From the NCBI GenBank assembly GCA_051294905.1, contig CM119371.1:11658001-11722000 (forward strand): 64,000 nucleotides of DNA, in the 5' to 3' direction. The position numbers and the translations under genes are program-made. Positions 24,601 to 39,600 of this stretch are shown here, in pieces (position 1 is the stretch's first letter; each line of letters starts with the position of its first letter). This DNA is from Botryllus schlosseri (taxonomy: Eukaryota). Under the pieces are notes generated by a model. That model did no database searches and was not told the origin of the DNA. It saw only the letters and a program-made list of their open reading frames with translations.

Positions 24601-27600
24601 AGGGTTGGGGGAGGGGGGATATTAGGGTTGGTGGAGGTGGGATATTAGGGTTGCCGGAGGTGGGATATTAGGGTTGCCAGAGGTGGGATATTAGGGTTGC
24701 CGGAGGTGGGATATTAGGGTTGGGGGAGGGGGGATATTATGGTTGGTGGAGGTGGGATATTAGGGTTGCCAGAGGTGGGATATTAGGGTTGCCGGAGGTG
24801 GGATATTAGGGTTGCCGGAGGTGGGATATTAGGGTTGGTGGAGGTGGGGTATTAGGGTTGCCGGAGGTGGGATATTAGGGTTGGGGGAGGGGGGATATCA
24901 GGGTTGGTGGAGGTGGGATATTAGGGTTGGTGGAGGTGGGATATTAGGGTTGCCGGAGGTGGGATATTAGGGTTGCTGGAGGTGGGATATTAGGGTTGGG
25001 GGAGGGGGGATATTATGGTTGCTGGTGAATACAAAATTTTCCGAGGGCGGAATTCACCGAAGGCTGGGTTCACCAAGGTCCGAGTTCACCGAGGGCCGAG
25101 TTTGTAAGGCTGAGTTCACTGGTAATCGTCATAGATCCATATTTTCGAAAGTCGCACGTCCGTCCCTCGCCAAGTCAATTCAACAATGAGCCAAGTTCCC
25201 AAGGGCCGAGTTCACCGAGCGCCGAGTTCACCGAGGGCCGAGTTTGTAAGGCTGGGTTCACTGGTAATCCCTTATCTAGAATATGGCTGTGGAAAGAGAC
25301 CCGAATGGTCGTCGAGCCCCCAATGTTATTATCCATTCACCATAATACGTATGTACCCTCAAATGTGTTAGCTTGAGCCTAAATCGAAACATCTTCTCAT
25401 GCCAACGTTTGAGTTAATATCTATTCTATATTTCCAAAGAGGTGACAAAACATTATTGTTTGGCTTGGCGTAGCTTAGAATATAGTACACGGCAAGAAAA
25501 TTTGGAACAGTATGACGCGGACTTGGTTACAATCCTGCTTGGAATCATGTATTGCAAAGCTACAAATTACTTTTTTGGTGTGCGTCAGTGATCATAATTT
25601 TGGAGGTGGCAAACAAGATACATTTTTTCAACTTTCAATAACTTTCGTACTGTTATGGCGTCACAATGAGAGATACTTGAATACTGGACTCGACTCCTAG
25701 TACTCAATTCAGAATCGAATCACTTGATGCAGTACAGTCATGGATATTAATTTTTCAATTTTAAAATTGACGTGCAATGGGGGGATGGCATAATTTGCTT
25801 TTATCGTGCCTGTTTACGATCTGCTGTGTTTGAAATGAGCTTCTCAACTAGCATTATTTTTTTTTACAGTGCTGCCTGATGGAAGAGGGAGTAGTAGACC
25901 TAAATCTTATGGGGGAAATTGTGCGATTGCCGACGAGGTCGCGGGTAATCTTTTCGGGGGTATCGGGATGGTGGCGGAACCTCCGCAGCGAGCGCAGTCA
26001 ACTTCGCTGCCCGCAGAGCCGGTACCGCGGCCTGCTGAAACAATTCCGCTGCCATCCACGGACACCACAGAGGCATCCTCAACGACAGCGCCCCCGATGC
26101 CCACATCGGATGCCGGCAAGGTGGAAAAAACACAACAGAGGTGAGGTCTATTGTAGATTACTTAACCTTTTGGCAATTTTGAGTTCTCCAGGGCAGTGGT
26201 TCTCAACCTTCATTTTCAGGGGCTCTACGAAGCCTCTAAATTTGCTACACGATTCACAACGTAATTTGTAATTTTCGAAGCTAGGGAAATCGTAACGCAG
26301 TTTCGTTTCATAACTGCTAAAGCGTCAGGACTCACAGCAACTGAATGACCTTCTCCATAGAAGCATCCTATATCCCGTGCAAACTCATCAATCAGTATGA
26401 TGTTATTTTCACGAAAATTCGTTTTGTGGCTGTTTATCACAAGCCTATACAGTTAATATTTGCGCAAGATAGATGACGGTTGCCCGATAATTGGGCTAAT
26501 TTTAAACGAATACTAGAGGGGGTCCGCGGAGGTCCGTCAAGGTCCAAAAAGGGTCCACGATGACAAAAAGGTCGAAAACCACTGAATTAGAACATCGTGT
26601 TTGCGAACCACTTCCCAATCTTCAAAACATCCCTCTTTTCTCGGCTGGCCACGTGCCTGTTTTGTGGTATGTCGTTTGCATCACCTCAAAGTATGAAATA
26701 TGCTGCGAAATATATGTGTTACGGTAACTAAATTTCTTTAAAAAAATTACTACGAGTTATTTTTCGTTATTCACAGGTGTGAGAATAGCCCGATTGTCGT
26801 GACTGCCACGCGCCCCCAGAAACAAAAAACAAAGCGACTTTGTCTTTTGCTGGCGAAGGCCCGCATAAACGAGCAGCTTACGAAAAGTGAGTACCACAGT
26901 AGGAGTATAGATTGCCAACGTAAGGATAGATATGCAGCTCCAGCTATCACGCACGCACAATGTGTTTCACTGCTGAGCCCGGGCAAAAGCAGCATTGTTG
27001 ATAGTCCTATAGCTGGCGACCTGGGTGCTAAAATTGATTGCAACGGGTCTTAATCGAAAGCTAGTGTTGCACTCGCGTCGAAAATACAAATTGAAATCTG
27101 GCCAGTGTATTGTAACAACCTCAAAATAGCCCGCAATATCTGAACATCGGGATTGTTCCTAACAATCACTCTGTTGAATTTTCATTGATGTGGTTATTTT
27201 GTTGTTGCGTCGTTCTTGGATTAGTTAGTTGGCCGCCGACCAGGGTTGTAATGACTCGAGTCGCGATTTTCTGATGACTCGACTTGACTCGAGTCATTTT
27301 CTCAAAATACGGTAATGACTTGACTCGATGGTTAACGTTCTCGTGTTCGAAATTTCATGCTGGTGACGTCATATTTTACGATACGATTGTCGATATACCA
27401 TGTTCTTTCCAATTATCTGCTAGTTGCTGACGATTACCCCAGATGAGTTTCAGCCTAAAATATTTGAATACTCTGTTAAGATTGCCGTACTCGGATTCAG
27501 AGATCGCCACCAAGTGGCTCCGACTCTGAAGTCAAGCAGATGCCCGCCAGGCGAAAGACGAAGTGCATGAAGAGGCCCCTGTCGCCATCATCCGATGATA

Positions 27601-30600
27601 GCGGGCCCGCGTCAAAGCGTGGTACACCTGAATATGAAGGGAAAGGTCAGAATTAGATTGCTCTGGTTCAATTAGAGTACTGAAACATTTCACAAATTAG
27701 ATTGGAATTAGATTGTTTGCATTTCGCTCTAATTTAGTGAAATTAGATCGCTAGAATTATCAAGTTGTCCAAGTCTGTCTGAGACGAATGTGGTCATTAT
27801 CGGCTAATTCGTGGATATTAACTTGAAATTTGTTGATAAGCTCAGACACTAAATTATCATGGAAGTGTGGCATGTTCTACATCGTAAGACGCTTCCTACC
27901 AGCCTGGCTTCTTCTGATACTCTTTAAATCAATAATCAAAGTTACAACATGGCATCCTTTTTTTGCGGCTGCCAGTAAAACTGCACTCGAGCCGCTGCAA
28001 AAACTACAATATAACGTACTCAATGTGGTCAATATTGGCTAATTCATGGATATTAACTTGAAATTTGTCTAGTAGTCTGTCAGATATGGCCCGATGCCAA
28101 ATGTGATGACAATGCACGGTTTTACAGTCACTATTGTATCGTATCCTTGCGATGATCGGATTCAATCTTTTTTCATCCCTTTCGATCATTAATGACATAT
28201 TTTCTACATCTTGCTTTTTTGATTTTCAAACAGCTATCAAAATGCAATGACGTAATTATGCTTTGTTCTTATAATAATTAACTAGACTTGAATTGTGACT
28301 TGACTTTAGTCACCATCAAGAATCGATTGACTTCACTCTAGTCAAAATGTGCGATGACTCGAAGGTGACTGACTTGATCCCGATACTGACACCTACACGC
28401 GTTCATCAGTCACTCCCAATTCAGAGACATATTCTAATCGGTGCAAGGTCAGGTAACAGTTACAATCTAGCGCCTGGATCTGGACGCTACAACGATAACA
28501 TTTTAAATTCTAGCATGAGTCGGAATACTGCCATCATGTGAAGTTTCCGCACAGATTGAACTCATTCCTTGTTTAAGAAACTTCATATCTGTTTGGCAGC
28601 TTCGCAGCCTATGGTGTCTAGTACGGTAGCGGTGCTTTTCAACGGTAGAATTGATACCTGAATTAGTTACAAGTACCCAAAACATTTAGTTACCACGCCT
28701 TTTCTGATCTTGGGTGGAAGATGAGTGTTTTTTTTACAGGAGACAACATATCGTGTACTATGACCGATGCTGGTATGACATATCAATCATGTAGCCTTGG
28801 AAATTCTGGACAACAAAAGTCAATTGCAAAACCATCGAAAGATCGCAACGTATTACGGAAGCCAAAAACAAGAGCTGCTGGGAAGTCGAAGCCGGCAAAG
28901 TTGTCCAGGTGAGGTTGTGATAAGTAGCTTTGCCCTAAGCTTTGCCCTGGGTTATAATCTTTCGTTGATATGACATAAGCTTGAAATGGCCGCTGGGGAC
29001 GGTAGCCTACAGTAGGGTTTATCGAAAGTATTATTTTTCTCAAAGTTTACTGACTATAGTTGGTAAATTGTTTGCTTGGATGATAAAATCTCTGACCATC
29101 AAATTTGACTCATTCCCAACCTGTAGAGGCAAAGCTATTAGGTGAACATTTTGGATTGTGATTTTTTTGTCAAACCTGTCTGGCTACACCGTGAGATTGT
29201 TAGGTTGTACGAGAAAACAGTCCAAAACAAATCTTGCCCAACTCCAAACTTTGGAAGAGAAATTATCAGGGTGGAAAAATTTGTATTTAAAGTGAATAGT
29301 ATTTACGTGTGTAATTACTTTGATTGCAGACCCGTCTCCAAGGCCGGCACAACACCATCTTCGGACGACAAACACCAGCAGGCAAGAAGGCGTAGGACAT
29401 TGGTGCCCCGGATTCCATCACCTGAAGAAGAAGGCGGAGGTCAGTGTTAGATCACGCTGGCCCACAGTAAGGCTGGACACAATGATTGGAACAGGGTTGT
29501 AACCAAGCCACAAGGCTTTGAGTCACAAGTCAATCTCACTTTTATAGTTTTGACTTGAGTCAAGTTGAGTCTTTTTCAATTCACCACCGAGTCAAGTCCG
29601 AGTTCAAGTCAGCGAGCAGAGGGTCGAGTCCAAGTCCAAGTCATTGTGTTGACTGCTCAGTTTCCAGTTGAAATCTTGTTAAACCCACTTTTTATAACTG
29701 TGGTGATATCGTATGGTTTGCATTTCTAATATATTAATTTTTCTCACTTTAAACAGTTTCTGGTCGCATTTTCAAGAGCCGGTACCAATTGACAAAATCC
29801 TAATAGCGTGGTTACTTTACTATTCTTTGAAAGCGCAATGAATCAGGCATGGTCGAAAACATATGAGATGACCTTTACTGTGATTGATGATATACGTAGG
29901 TGGAGCCAAACATCGTCACTCCGCAGCAGTATACCACTGTAATGTGTGATGGGTCGGTGACATGGGGTCAGGGGAGGCAAGTGAGGCAGTGCCTCACCGG
30001 TCTGCTAGATTTTGAATATATTTACTATCAAAATCACGCAACTTGCTTAGTTATTATTTGAAAATAAAGCATGAAAGGAGAGGTAAGACATCGGTGAGGC
30101 ACTTCCACGGCATGCCTTACCTATGATAGCGAAATTCAGCGTAAATATCATAGAATTTATAATAACTGATATCATTCGAATGTAATTGTCGCACTGATTC
30201 CAATTAGACTGCTCAATTCTTAAAGTATTTGGCGGTAACATAACGTTGCGAATTTTTAATTTTTAATGTCACTTCCACGGCAGTTCATTTCTCGTCGTAG
30301 ATCAGGAAGACATTGTGTATTTGAAAACTGCATTGTGATGCAGGCGCCGCCATGTCTCCTAGTGTCTTCGATCAATAAATGCATCGCGCAATTCAAGATT
30401 TCGTGGCGGGTACTTCAAATTCTGTAGTGATATTGGTCTCCGGCGCGACAGCAACTTAAATTTGAGGAAATGGGCCCGAGCCCCTAGCCCTGAATACGCC
30501 ACCGTATTAACATCTCAGGGACATGTTTGTACCTTAAGCGGTGATCAGATTCAATCTTTTTCTACCCGGTTCAATCATAAATGACATATCTTTTACATCT

Positions 30601-33600
30601 TTGACTTTCAAACAGCTATCAAAATGCAATGACGTAATGATGCTTTGTACTTGTAACAATTAACTTGACTGGAATTGGAATTGTGACTTGACTCGTGACT
30701 GGACTTGTGACTTGACTTGAGTCACCTTCAAGAATCGATTGACTTGACTCCAGTCAAAATGTGCAATGACTCGTGACTCGAAGGTAGTGACTTGATCCCA
30801 GCACTGACACCTGCACGCGTTCATCAGTCACTCCCAATTCAGACATATTCTGATCGGTGCAAGGTCCGGTAACACTTACAATCTAGCGCCGGGGTATGGA
30901 CGCTACAACTATAACATTTTAAATTCTAGCATGAATCGGAAACTGCCATCATGTGAAGTTTCAGCTCAGATTGAACTCATTCCTTGTCCAAGAGACTTCA
31001 TATCTCTTTGGCAGCTTCGCAGCCTATGGTGTCTAGTACGGTAGCGGTGCTTTTCAACGGTAGAATTGATACCTGAATTAGTTACAAGTACTTGAAGCAT
31101 TTAGTTACCACGCCTTTCTGATCTTGGGTGGAAGATGAGTGTTTTTTTACAGGAGACGACATTTCGTGTCCTATAACCGATGCTGATATGCCATATCAGT
31201 CATATGGTCTTGGAAATTCTGGACAACAAAAGTCAATTGCAAAACCTTCGAAAGATCGCAACATATTACGGAAGCCAAAAACAGGACCCGCTGGGAAGTC
31301 GAAACCGGCCAAGTCGTCCAGGTGAGGTTGTGGTCGGTAAATAGGTTTTGCCATGGGTTGTAATGACCTGAGTCGCGATCTTTTGTTGACTTGACATAAT
31401 TTTGGAATGGTCGTTGAGGACAGTAGCTTACAGTAGGGTTTATCAAGAGTAATTATTTTTCTCAAATTCTACTGACTATAGTTGATAAATTGTTTGGTTG
31501 GATGATAAAATCTCTGACCATCGAATTGACTCAGTCCAAACCTGAAGAGGTAAAGCTATTAGAGGAGAAAAATTATGGATTCTATTTTTTTTCTCAAACT
31601 TTACTGCACTGGTTCCCAAACTTTTGTAGACACGTCCCCTTTAATGTTACATTGAATAATTTTGCGCCTCCCTCATCGTCATATCACAAAATGCAAATAG
31701 AATGCTAGCAACCCCAACGAATGTTTTTATGGCATGGAAGGTTATGACTAGGGCGATTTTTTTTTACCTAAAAACGGAAGATTTTGACCTAAAAAATCTA
31801 AATTTTGACTTTTTTTGACCTAAAAAAACTGAAATTTGACCAAATTTTGACCTCACGTATGCAAATTAGGTGTTTTCGCACATAATGTTAAAATTGTAGG
31901 GCCTACTACTTATTTTCATTTCTGGTTAGAACTGTCTGTCCTTACAAAGTAGATTGGCCTGAAAAAATGGTATGCCTCAAAAACTGACAAATTTTAACGT
32001 AAAAAACTGGTATTTTAACGAAATATGGCCCTATGAAGAAGTCCAGTAGTTACAATACGTAGTATGGTGGAAATAATTCAAATTTGTTGTACAACGAAAG
32101 ATACTTTCCTGCATTCTCGGGTAAAAAGTATCTGTCCTTACTAAGTAGCTGGTCAAGAATGTAGAAAGAATATTCAACAGTAGCAGTTGTTGGCTGACAA
32201 TACTGAAGTTGTGTGCACACTGCTGGTGACACACCGTGTAGCTTCATTCTGACAATGTTGTCTATATCACAATTTTTCAGCTTGCGCTTCTTGATATAAG
32301 AACATGAATGTCCAATTGTCCAAGCAGTTTTGCTTCAGTTAGGATATTGCGGTACGTTGAGCATAAACCATGTCACTATTTGTTTCATTTGACCGTTTAT
32401 GATTTACAGTGAGCGGACGATGGGCCGTTTACAACGTTAGGCCTATAAATTAGGCTGCAAGCTGTAAAATATCAAATGATAAGTTCACCGACAGCGCAAA
32501 ATCTTCGATACAAACGAAATGCAGTGGTCAAAAAATGTTTGACTTTGTAAACAATTTTGACAAATTTTGACCTAACGCTACAATTTTGACCTAATTTTGA
32601 CTTTTTTTTACATGTCAAAGACAAAATCGCCCTAGTTATGACTGAGGCGATTTTTTCAACTAAAAACGATGGATTTTGACCGTAAAAATCCTAATTTTGA
32701 CCGAATTTGACTTGTCGTATGCAAATTAGGTGTTAGGTAAAGTTAGAATTGTACTACTTCATTTCTGGTTGGAACTGTCTGTCCCTACGAAGTAGATTGG
32801 TCTGAAAAAATACTTCTGGGACTCGGAAGCTGACGAATTTTTACACGAAAAACCTTTTAATTCAACGAAATCTGACCCCAGTGGTTACATTACGCATTAT
32901 GGTGGAAATAAATAAAATACTTTATGGTACAACTAAAGATACTTTCCTAAGATACTCCCCAAGAGCGGAGAAAGAACGTTCAACAGAAGCAGTTGTTTGG
33001 CTGGCAACACTGAAGTTGTGCGTACACTGCTGGTGATACAGCGTGTTGCTTCACTCTGACAATGGTGTCTACGTCACAATTTTTCATCATGCGTTCTTTA
33101 TATTAAGAACCATGCAATGCCCACTTTAGTCTTGCTTCGGTTAGGATATTGCAGTACGTTGAGCATAACACAATGTCAGCCTATTTGTTTCATTTGACCG
33201 TTTATGATTCACAATGAGCAGACAATGGGCCGTTTACGAATGTAGGCCTATAAAATAGGCTACAAGCTATAAAATGTCGAATGATAAGTTCACCGACAGT
33301 GCAAAATCTATGATACAAACAAGATGCAGGTTGCAAAGAAGTTTTAACTTGGAAAACGATTTTGACTTTTTTTGCCATGTCAAAAAACAAATGGCCCTAG
33401 TTATGACTGTTGATGAGATAATTCTCCAATATGAAATTCGGACTATATGGAGAGCAACAAGTATAAACTGGAGGTAAATTGCACAAAGCGCAAAAATTTT
33501 TTGCACTTGGCCGCAGCTTGGCGCCCTCCTTCAGATGCTTTCACGCCCCCCAGTTTGAGAATCACTGCTATTCTGGCTGCCCCTTGAAATTGTCAGGTAG

Positions 33601-36600
33601 TGTAAGGAAACAGACCAGAACAAATCTTGCCCTATTCCAAACTTCCAAGAGAAATTATCGAGGTAGATAAAATTATATGTAAAGTGAATAGTATTTACGG
33701 TGGTAATTACATTGATTACAGGCCTGCCCGCAAGGCTGGCACAATACCATCTTCGGACGACAAAGACCAGCAGGCACGAAGGCGTAGGACTTTGGTTCCA
33801 CGGATTCTGCCACACGAAGCAGAAGGTGAAGGTCAGTATTAGATTACCCCGGTCAACAGTAGTGCTGGACACAATGATTCGAACAGGGTTGTAACCAAGT
33901 CACAAGTCAATCTCACTTTTATAGTTTTGACTCGAGTCAAGTCGAGTCATTTCCAACTCGCCACCACTTTCCGCCCCCTTCAGATGCTTTCACGCCCCCC
34001 CCCCCCGGTGTCTTGTACGGTTGCGGTGCTTTTCAACGGTAGAATTGATACCTGAAGAACAAGTACTCGAATCTTTTAGTTACCATCCCTTTTCTTATCT
34101 TGGGTGGAAGATGAGTGTTTTTTTTTACAGGAGACGACATATCGACTCCTATGACCGATGCTGGTATGCCATATCAGTCATGTAGTCTTGGGAATTCTGG
34201 GCAACAAAAGTCACTCGCAAAACCATCGAAAGATCGCAACATATTACGGAAGCCAAAAACAGGAGCGGCTGGGAAGTCGAAGCCGGCAAAGTCGTCCAGG
34301 TGAGGTTGCGGTCGATAAATAGGTTTTGGCCTGGGTTGTAATGACTCGAGTCGCATTCTTTTGTTGACTCGGCATAAGTTTGGAATGGCCGCTGAGGACT
34401 GAGGACGGTAGCCTACAGTAGGGTTTATCGAAAGCAATTATTTTTCTCAAAGTTTACTGACTATAGTTGATAAATTGTTTGGTTGGATGATAAAATCTCC
34501 GACCATCAAATTTGACTCAGTCCCAACCTGTAGAGGCAAAGCTATTAGGTGAACTTTTTGGATTGTGATTTTTTTTTCACAACTTTCTGGCTACCCCGTG
34601 AAATTGTCAGATTGTATGAGAAAACAGTCCAAAACAAATCTTGCGCAATTCCAAACTTCAGAAGAGAAATTATTGGGGTGGAAAAATTTGTATTTGAAGT
34701 GAATAGTATTTACTATGGTAACTACATTGATTACAGGCCTGCCCGCAAAGCCAGCACAACACCATCTTCGGACGACAAACACCAGCAGGCACGAAGGCGT
34801 AGGACATTGGTGCCCCGGATTCCACCACTCGAAGTAAAAGGCAAAGGTCAGTATTAGATTACCCAGGTCCTCAGTAGGGCTGGACACAATCATTCGAACA
34901 GGGTTGTAACCAATCACAAGGTTCCCAGTCACAAGTCCATCTCACTGTTATAGTTTTTCAATTCACCACCGAGTCAAGATCGAGTACAAGTCGGATAGTA
35001 GGGGGTCGAGTTCGAGTCCAAGTCATTATGGTCATTGGTCAGTTTTCAATTCAATTCAAACCAATTTTTCAACTCTGCTCCAATGATATAGAATGGCTCG
35101 CATTCATAATATCGTATTTTTTCTCAGTCTTAACAGTCTATGGCCCTATGTTCCAAGTATCAGGATTGATAAACGAAATACCAATAAGGTGGTAACCTTA
35201 CTATTCTTCAAAGTTACAAATGTCTCTCTTGGCCGTCCCCGTCTCGAGTCATATGACTAGGTTCGAGTCACGCACAATGACTCTAGTCGAGTCGTGTCCT
35301 TTTATGCATCTGAAAAAATGACTCGACTCGAGTCACCATAAAATCATGACTTGAGCCGGACGCGACAATCCAGAATATACTGCATGTTGGTTTTGCATCC
35401 CATTAAGGTCATGTTTCACCGCTTGAAAAGTGCTTCTTGAAGGTACAGAACTTCAATACATACTTCAATAATTCAATTGAATATAATATTCATAGTGAAA
35501 TGAACCCGAATATTTTCGTGTGACACTCGTCAGGGTTAACGGTCTACTTTTGTTGACGAAGGCTCGGTCTGTGTATTTTGATAAAATTCACGCTTTCAGA
35601 CGTTTACCTTAATTTTCCAAGTATAGTACGCCCCCATGTATAATACGTACCCCTAAAATTGCATGTAAATTCTGTGAAAAAGCCTGTACCCATGTATAGT
35701 ACGCACCCTGCATTTCAGTACATCCATAGTTCCGATTTTGTATACGATGTCATTCTGTCTTGCGATGTCACTCTTGAACAATCATTACAGGACGATCGCT
35801 AATCATTATACAATTAGCGGGATTGTCTTTAAACAATAGTAGATAGCGGCCAAAGCCTGCGAGGTCGGCGGCGAGTTAGTTTAGGCCAACGAACCGACAT
35901 CTTGCGCTCGATGCCTATTACAGATGCGATTGCGCCTAGGCTAACGGTTATGTCATGCGACTGATTATGCAAGCGATTATATCATGCGCACATGGCCTCT
36001 TGTATATGCCATTGTTCGGGCCTGTCGTTGACGCGATGAATTGGCGAGAATTGCTGCGCGCGACTGTCTATTACTGACCTCATTTCGCTCTCGTACAAAC
36101 GGCAAACCAACTCAGCAGGAGATCGCGTGATTGTGCACACGGCACTCGTTAATTAGCAACGCGCTTCCCTTAATTGGCAGCGCGTCACACTCTATAATAC
36201 GAATTACTACCCGCGATGGCTGAAAGTGATGCGCGAGTGGAAACAAACATGAAGAAAGGTGTGATTTCAAGTTTTTTTATCGAGGGAGATTTTTTCAAGC
36301 GTGTTGTTCCCATGTATAATACGCACCCCCCGATTTTAGGGCAAAAAATCGTGTAAATTTTTGCGGATTATACATGGAAAATTACGGTACGTCTCATTGG
36401 TGTGTCTGGTCCCAGTCGACTTTTATCAAAATGCATCAACCAAGCGTTTGTCAACAAAAGTAGTTTTTGTGCCATCGAAAAGTAGTATAATGGACGCTCT
36501 CGTATGCGAAAATTCATGCTGGTGACGTCATATCTTGTGATACAATTGTCGATAGACCATGTTCTTTCCGATTCTCTACGAGCTGCTGACAATTACCACC

Positions 36601-39600
36601 CTGACGAGTGTCAGCCGAAAATATTCGGGTTCATTTCAGTATGAATATACTGTTCAATGGCGTGTTGAAGATGTGTACCTCCGAAAGCTCTTAGCGCCAA
36701 CGAGAATGTAATTTCAGCACTCGACTCGAATCATAAGAATGAATGAATGCTGTGTTCAGATTCCCGGATTGGGAGATCGCCACCCAGTGGCTCCGACTCC
36801 GAAGTCGAGCAGATGCCCGTCAGGCGAAAGATCAAGCGCATGAAGAGGCCCCTGTCGCCATCATCTGATGATAGCGGGATCGCGCCAAAGCGCGGCACAC
36901 CTGAAAACAAAGGCAAAGGTCAGTATTAGATTACGGCGGTCAACACCAAATTGCTTCTGAGACCAGACTTGTACGACTAAGAAATGTTCGGCTTTCCAAA
37001 TTAGATTAGAATTAGAATTGTAGATACTCAAATTATTTCTATTAGATTACAATTATAATTAGAGCTACACATTTTTCCAAATAAGATTAGAATTACAAGT
37101 AGAAATACATATTTTTTTCCAAATTAGATTCGAATTAGAATCAGAAATAAAGTTTTTTTCAAATTTGGATTAGAATTCAGGTTGGAGCTACACATTTTTC
37201 CGAATTAGATTGGAATTGGAGTTAGAGCCAGGGCTTTGGAGCCGGAGCTCTACATAAAATTCAGCCGGAGCTAGAGCCTGTTATTTGAGGAGTAGCTCCG
37301 GCACCAACGTATTTCATAAGATGCTATTATATATGCAACCACTACATCTGCTGATGTATCATAATTGAACAGCAGGCCTGAATTTTAATTCTGAGACAGC
37401 AATGGCATAGAATAAAGTGCGTTGTAGTGCAACTATGATGTTGTCGACAATTGACAAGTATTCATCATAACGTCACAAGCCAGCACGGCGGCACCTCAGA
37501 GATGAGCGGATTTGAAATTTCTATGTCCTAATCCAATCCGAATCCGAACTTAAAATCCAAATCCTAATCCATACCTTTTTCATATTCAAGTCCATGTCCA
37601 ATCCTAATCCGATTCCAAATGGAAATTCAGAAAAAATACTAATTGATGCAATGGAGGGATTCGGAAATTATTTTTCACAACCAACGATTCACTTGATTCA
37701 AGATAACTTAGTAACCATAAGTACATTAATAAAGTTTGTCGCCATTCGCCACACGACATTTCAATCCCCCAGAAAATAGTTAAATCCAATCCAAATTCTG
37801 ATCCGTTCTGAAAAAAAATGTCACAAGGCTTTGAGTCACAAGTCAATCTCACTTTTATAGTTTTGAGTCATGTCGAGTCATTTTCAATTCATTACCGAGT
37901 CAAGTCCAAGTCAGCGAACAGAGTTCAATCCTGTTCAATCCACTTTTTTTCAAATCTGCCTGACTAATAAAGAACAGCTCACATTCGTTATATATTCATT
38001 TTACTTAGTCCTAACAGTTTCTGACCCTGTTTTCCACGTATCAGGACTGATAGACGACATACCAATCATGTGGTGACTTTACTATTCGTCCAAGTTACAA
38101 TGTGATGTTTGTCTCGGCCGTCCTAGTCTCGAGTCATATGACTTGGTTCGAGTCATGCAAAATGACTCGAGTACAAGTCGAGTCAAAGCACAAATTGACT
38201 CAAGTGATGTCGAGTCATTTTACGTATTTCACTACTCAAGACTGGGTAAACCAAGATCGTAATTTCAGTATAATTTCGAAGAATAGTAAAGTTACCATAA
38301 TGTTATTGCTTCGTCTATCGGTACTGGTACTTGAAAATGCGACCAGAAACTGGTAAAAGTGAGGAAAATTAGTATATTATGCATGTGAATCATTTGATAT
38401 CACCAAGCAGATTTGCAAAAAGTATATTTGACTTGACATTTAATAATCGTAACTGAACAGTCAACATGCGCATTGACTTGGGCTTGACACTCTATTCTTT
38501 GGACTCGGACTTGACTCGGTGGTGAATTGAAAATGACTCGACTTGACTCGAGGTAAAACTGTAAAAGAGGGATTGACTTCTGACTCGGAACCTTGAGACT
38601 TGGTTACAACCCTGCTAAATTTACGTATATAAACAAGATTTCAAAGTAAATACATTTTTGGTCAGTTTATTAGTAGTTTTTGTCCACGCAATAACATTGA
38701 TACATAGATTTTATGGTTTAAATTCCTACGAACTTTTTGCAGACCGCTCAGAAGTTGGTAGCGGACCGCATTTGGCTCGTGGGTAGCATAATGCCCAGGT
38801 CCGTGTTATCATATGGTACCCTAGCAGTGGTCGGATGCAAGCCCTTCGCAGCTGGTTCTATTACAAATGTCATATTTTTCAGCATGTTCAGGTGAAAAAA
38901 GTCCTGAATGGTAACCAGTAATGCTGACCCATTCGCTTATCCCATAAAATCACGTGAAACCGATCTTTGGAATCGGTGCAAATGGGCAGAATCAGACCAC
39001 CGCCTAAGTCCATTTGTAGAAGTTAGCCATTCATGTAGGCCTACCCTATAAGATAGCGGTGCATTTTATCGGGAGATTTAATTCATGATTCAGACACTTT
39101 AGCTTACTCGAACCATTTCGTGCAGCCCTAGTTACCACGCCTTTTCTGATCTTGGGGGAGTCATGAGCATTTTTTTTACAGGAGACGACATATCGTGTAC
39201 TATAATCGATGCTGGTAAGCCATATCAGTCATATAGTCTTGGAAATTCTGGACAACAAAAGTCACTCGCAAAACCATCGAAATTACGGGAGCCAAAATCA
39301 AGAGCTGAGAAGTCGAAGCCGGCCAAGTCGTCCAGGTGAGATTGTTGTCAGTAAATAAGTTTTGACCTGTGTTGTAATGACTCGAGTCGCAATTTTATGT
39401 TGACTTGACTCGAGTCATTTTGTGTATTTGTGACATAACAATGAAAGGTACCTCGAGCAATTCAACACTGACGCGTGACACACGATTTCGGACAAGTTAA
39501 TAACATTAGCAACAATTCCAACATAGTTCGAACGAGCGTGTGGTTGATGCGGTGATTGCTTTCCACGAGAGATTACACATCCTTTGTAACAAATTCCGAC

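Noticed and set aside
24495..25025. Telomere or interstitial telomeric array
   Set aside because: TTAGGG occurs once per 23-24-bp unit and never in tandem, and the array lies within a transposon.
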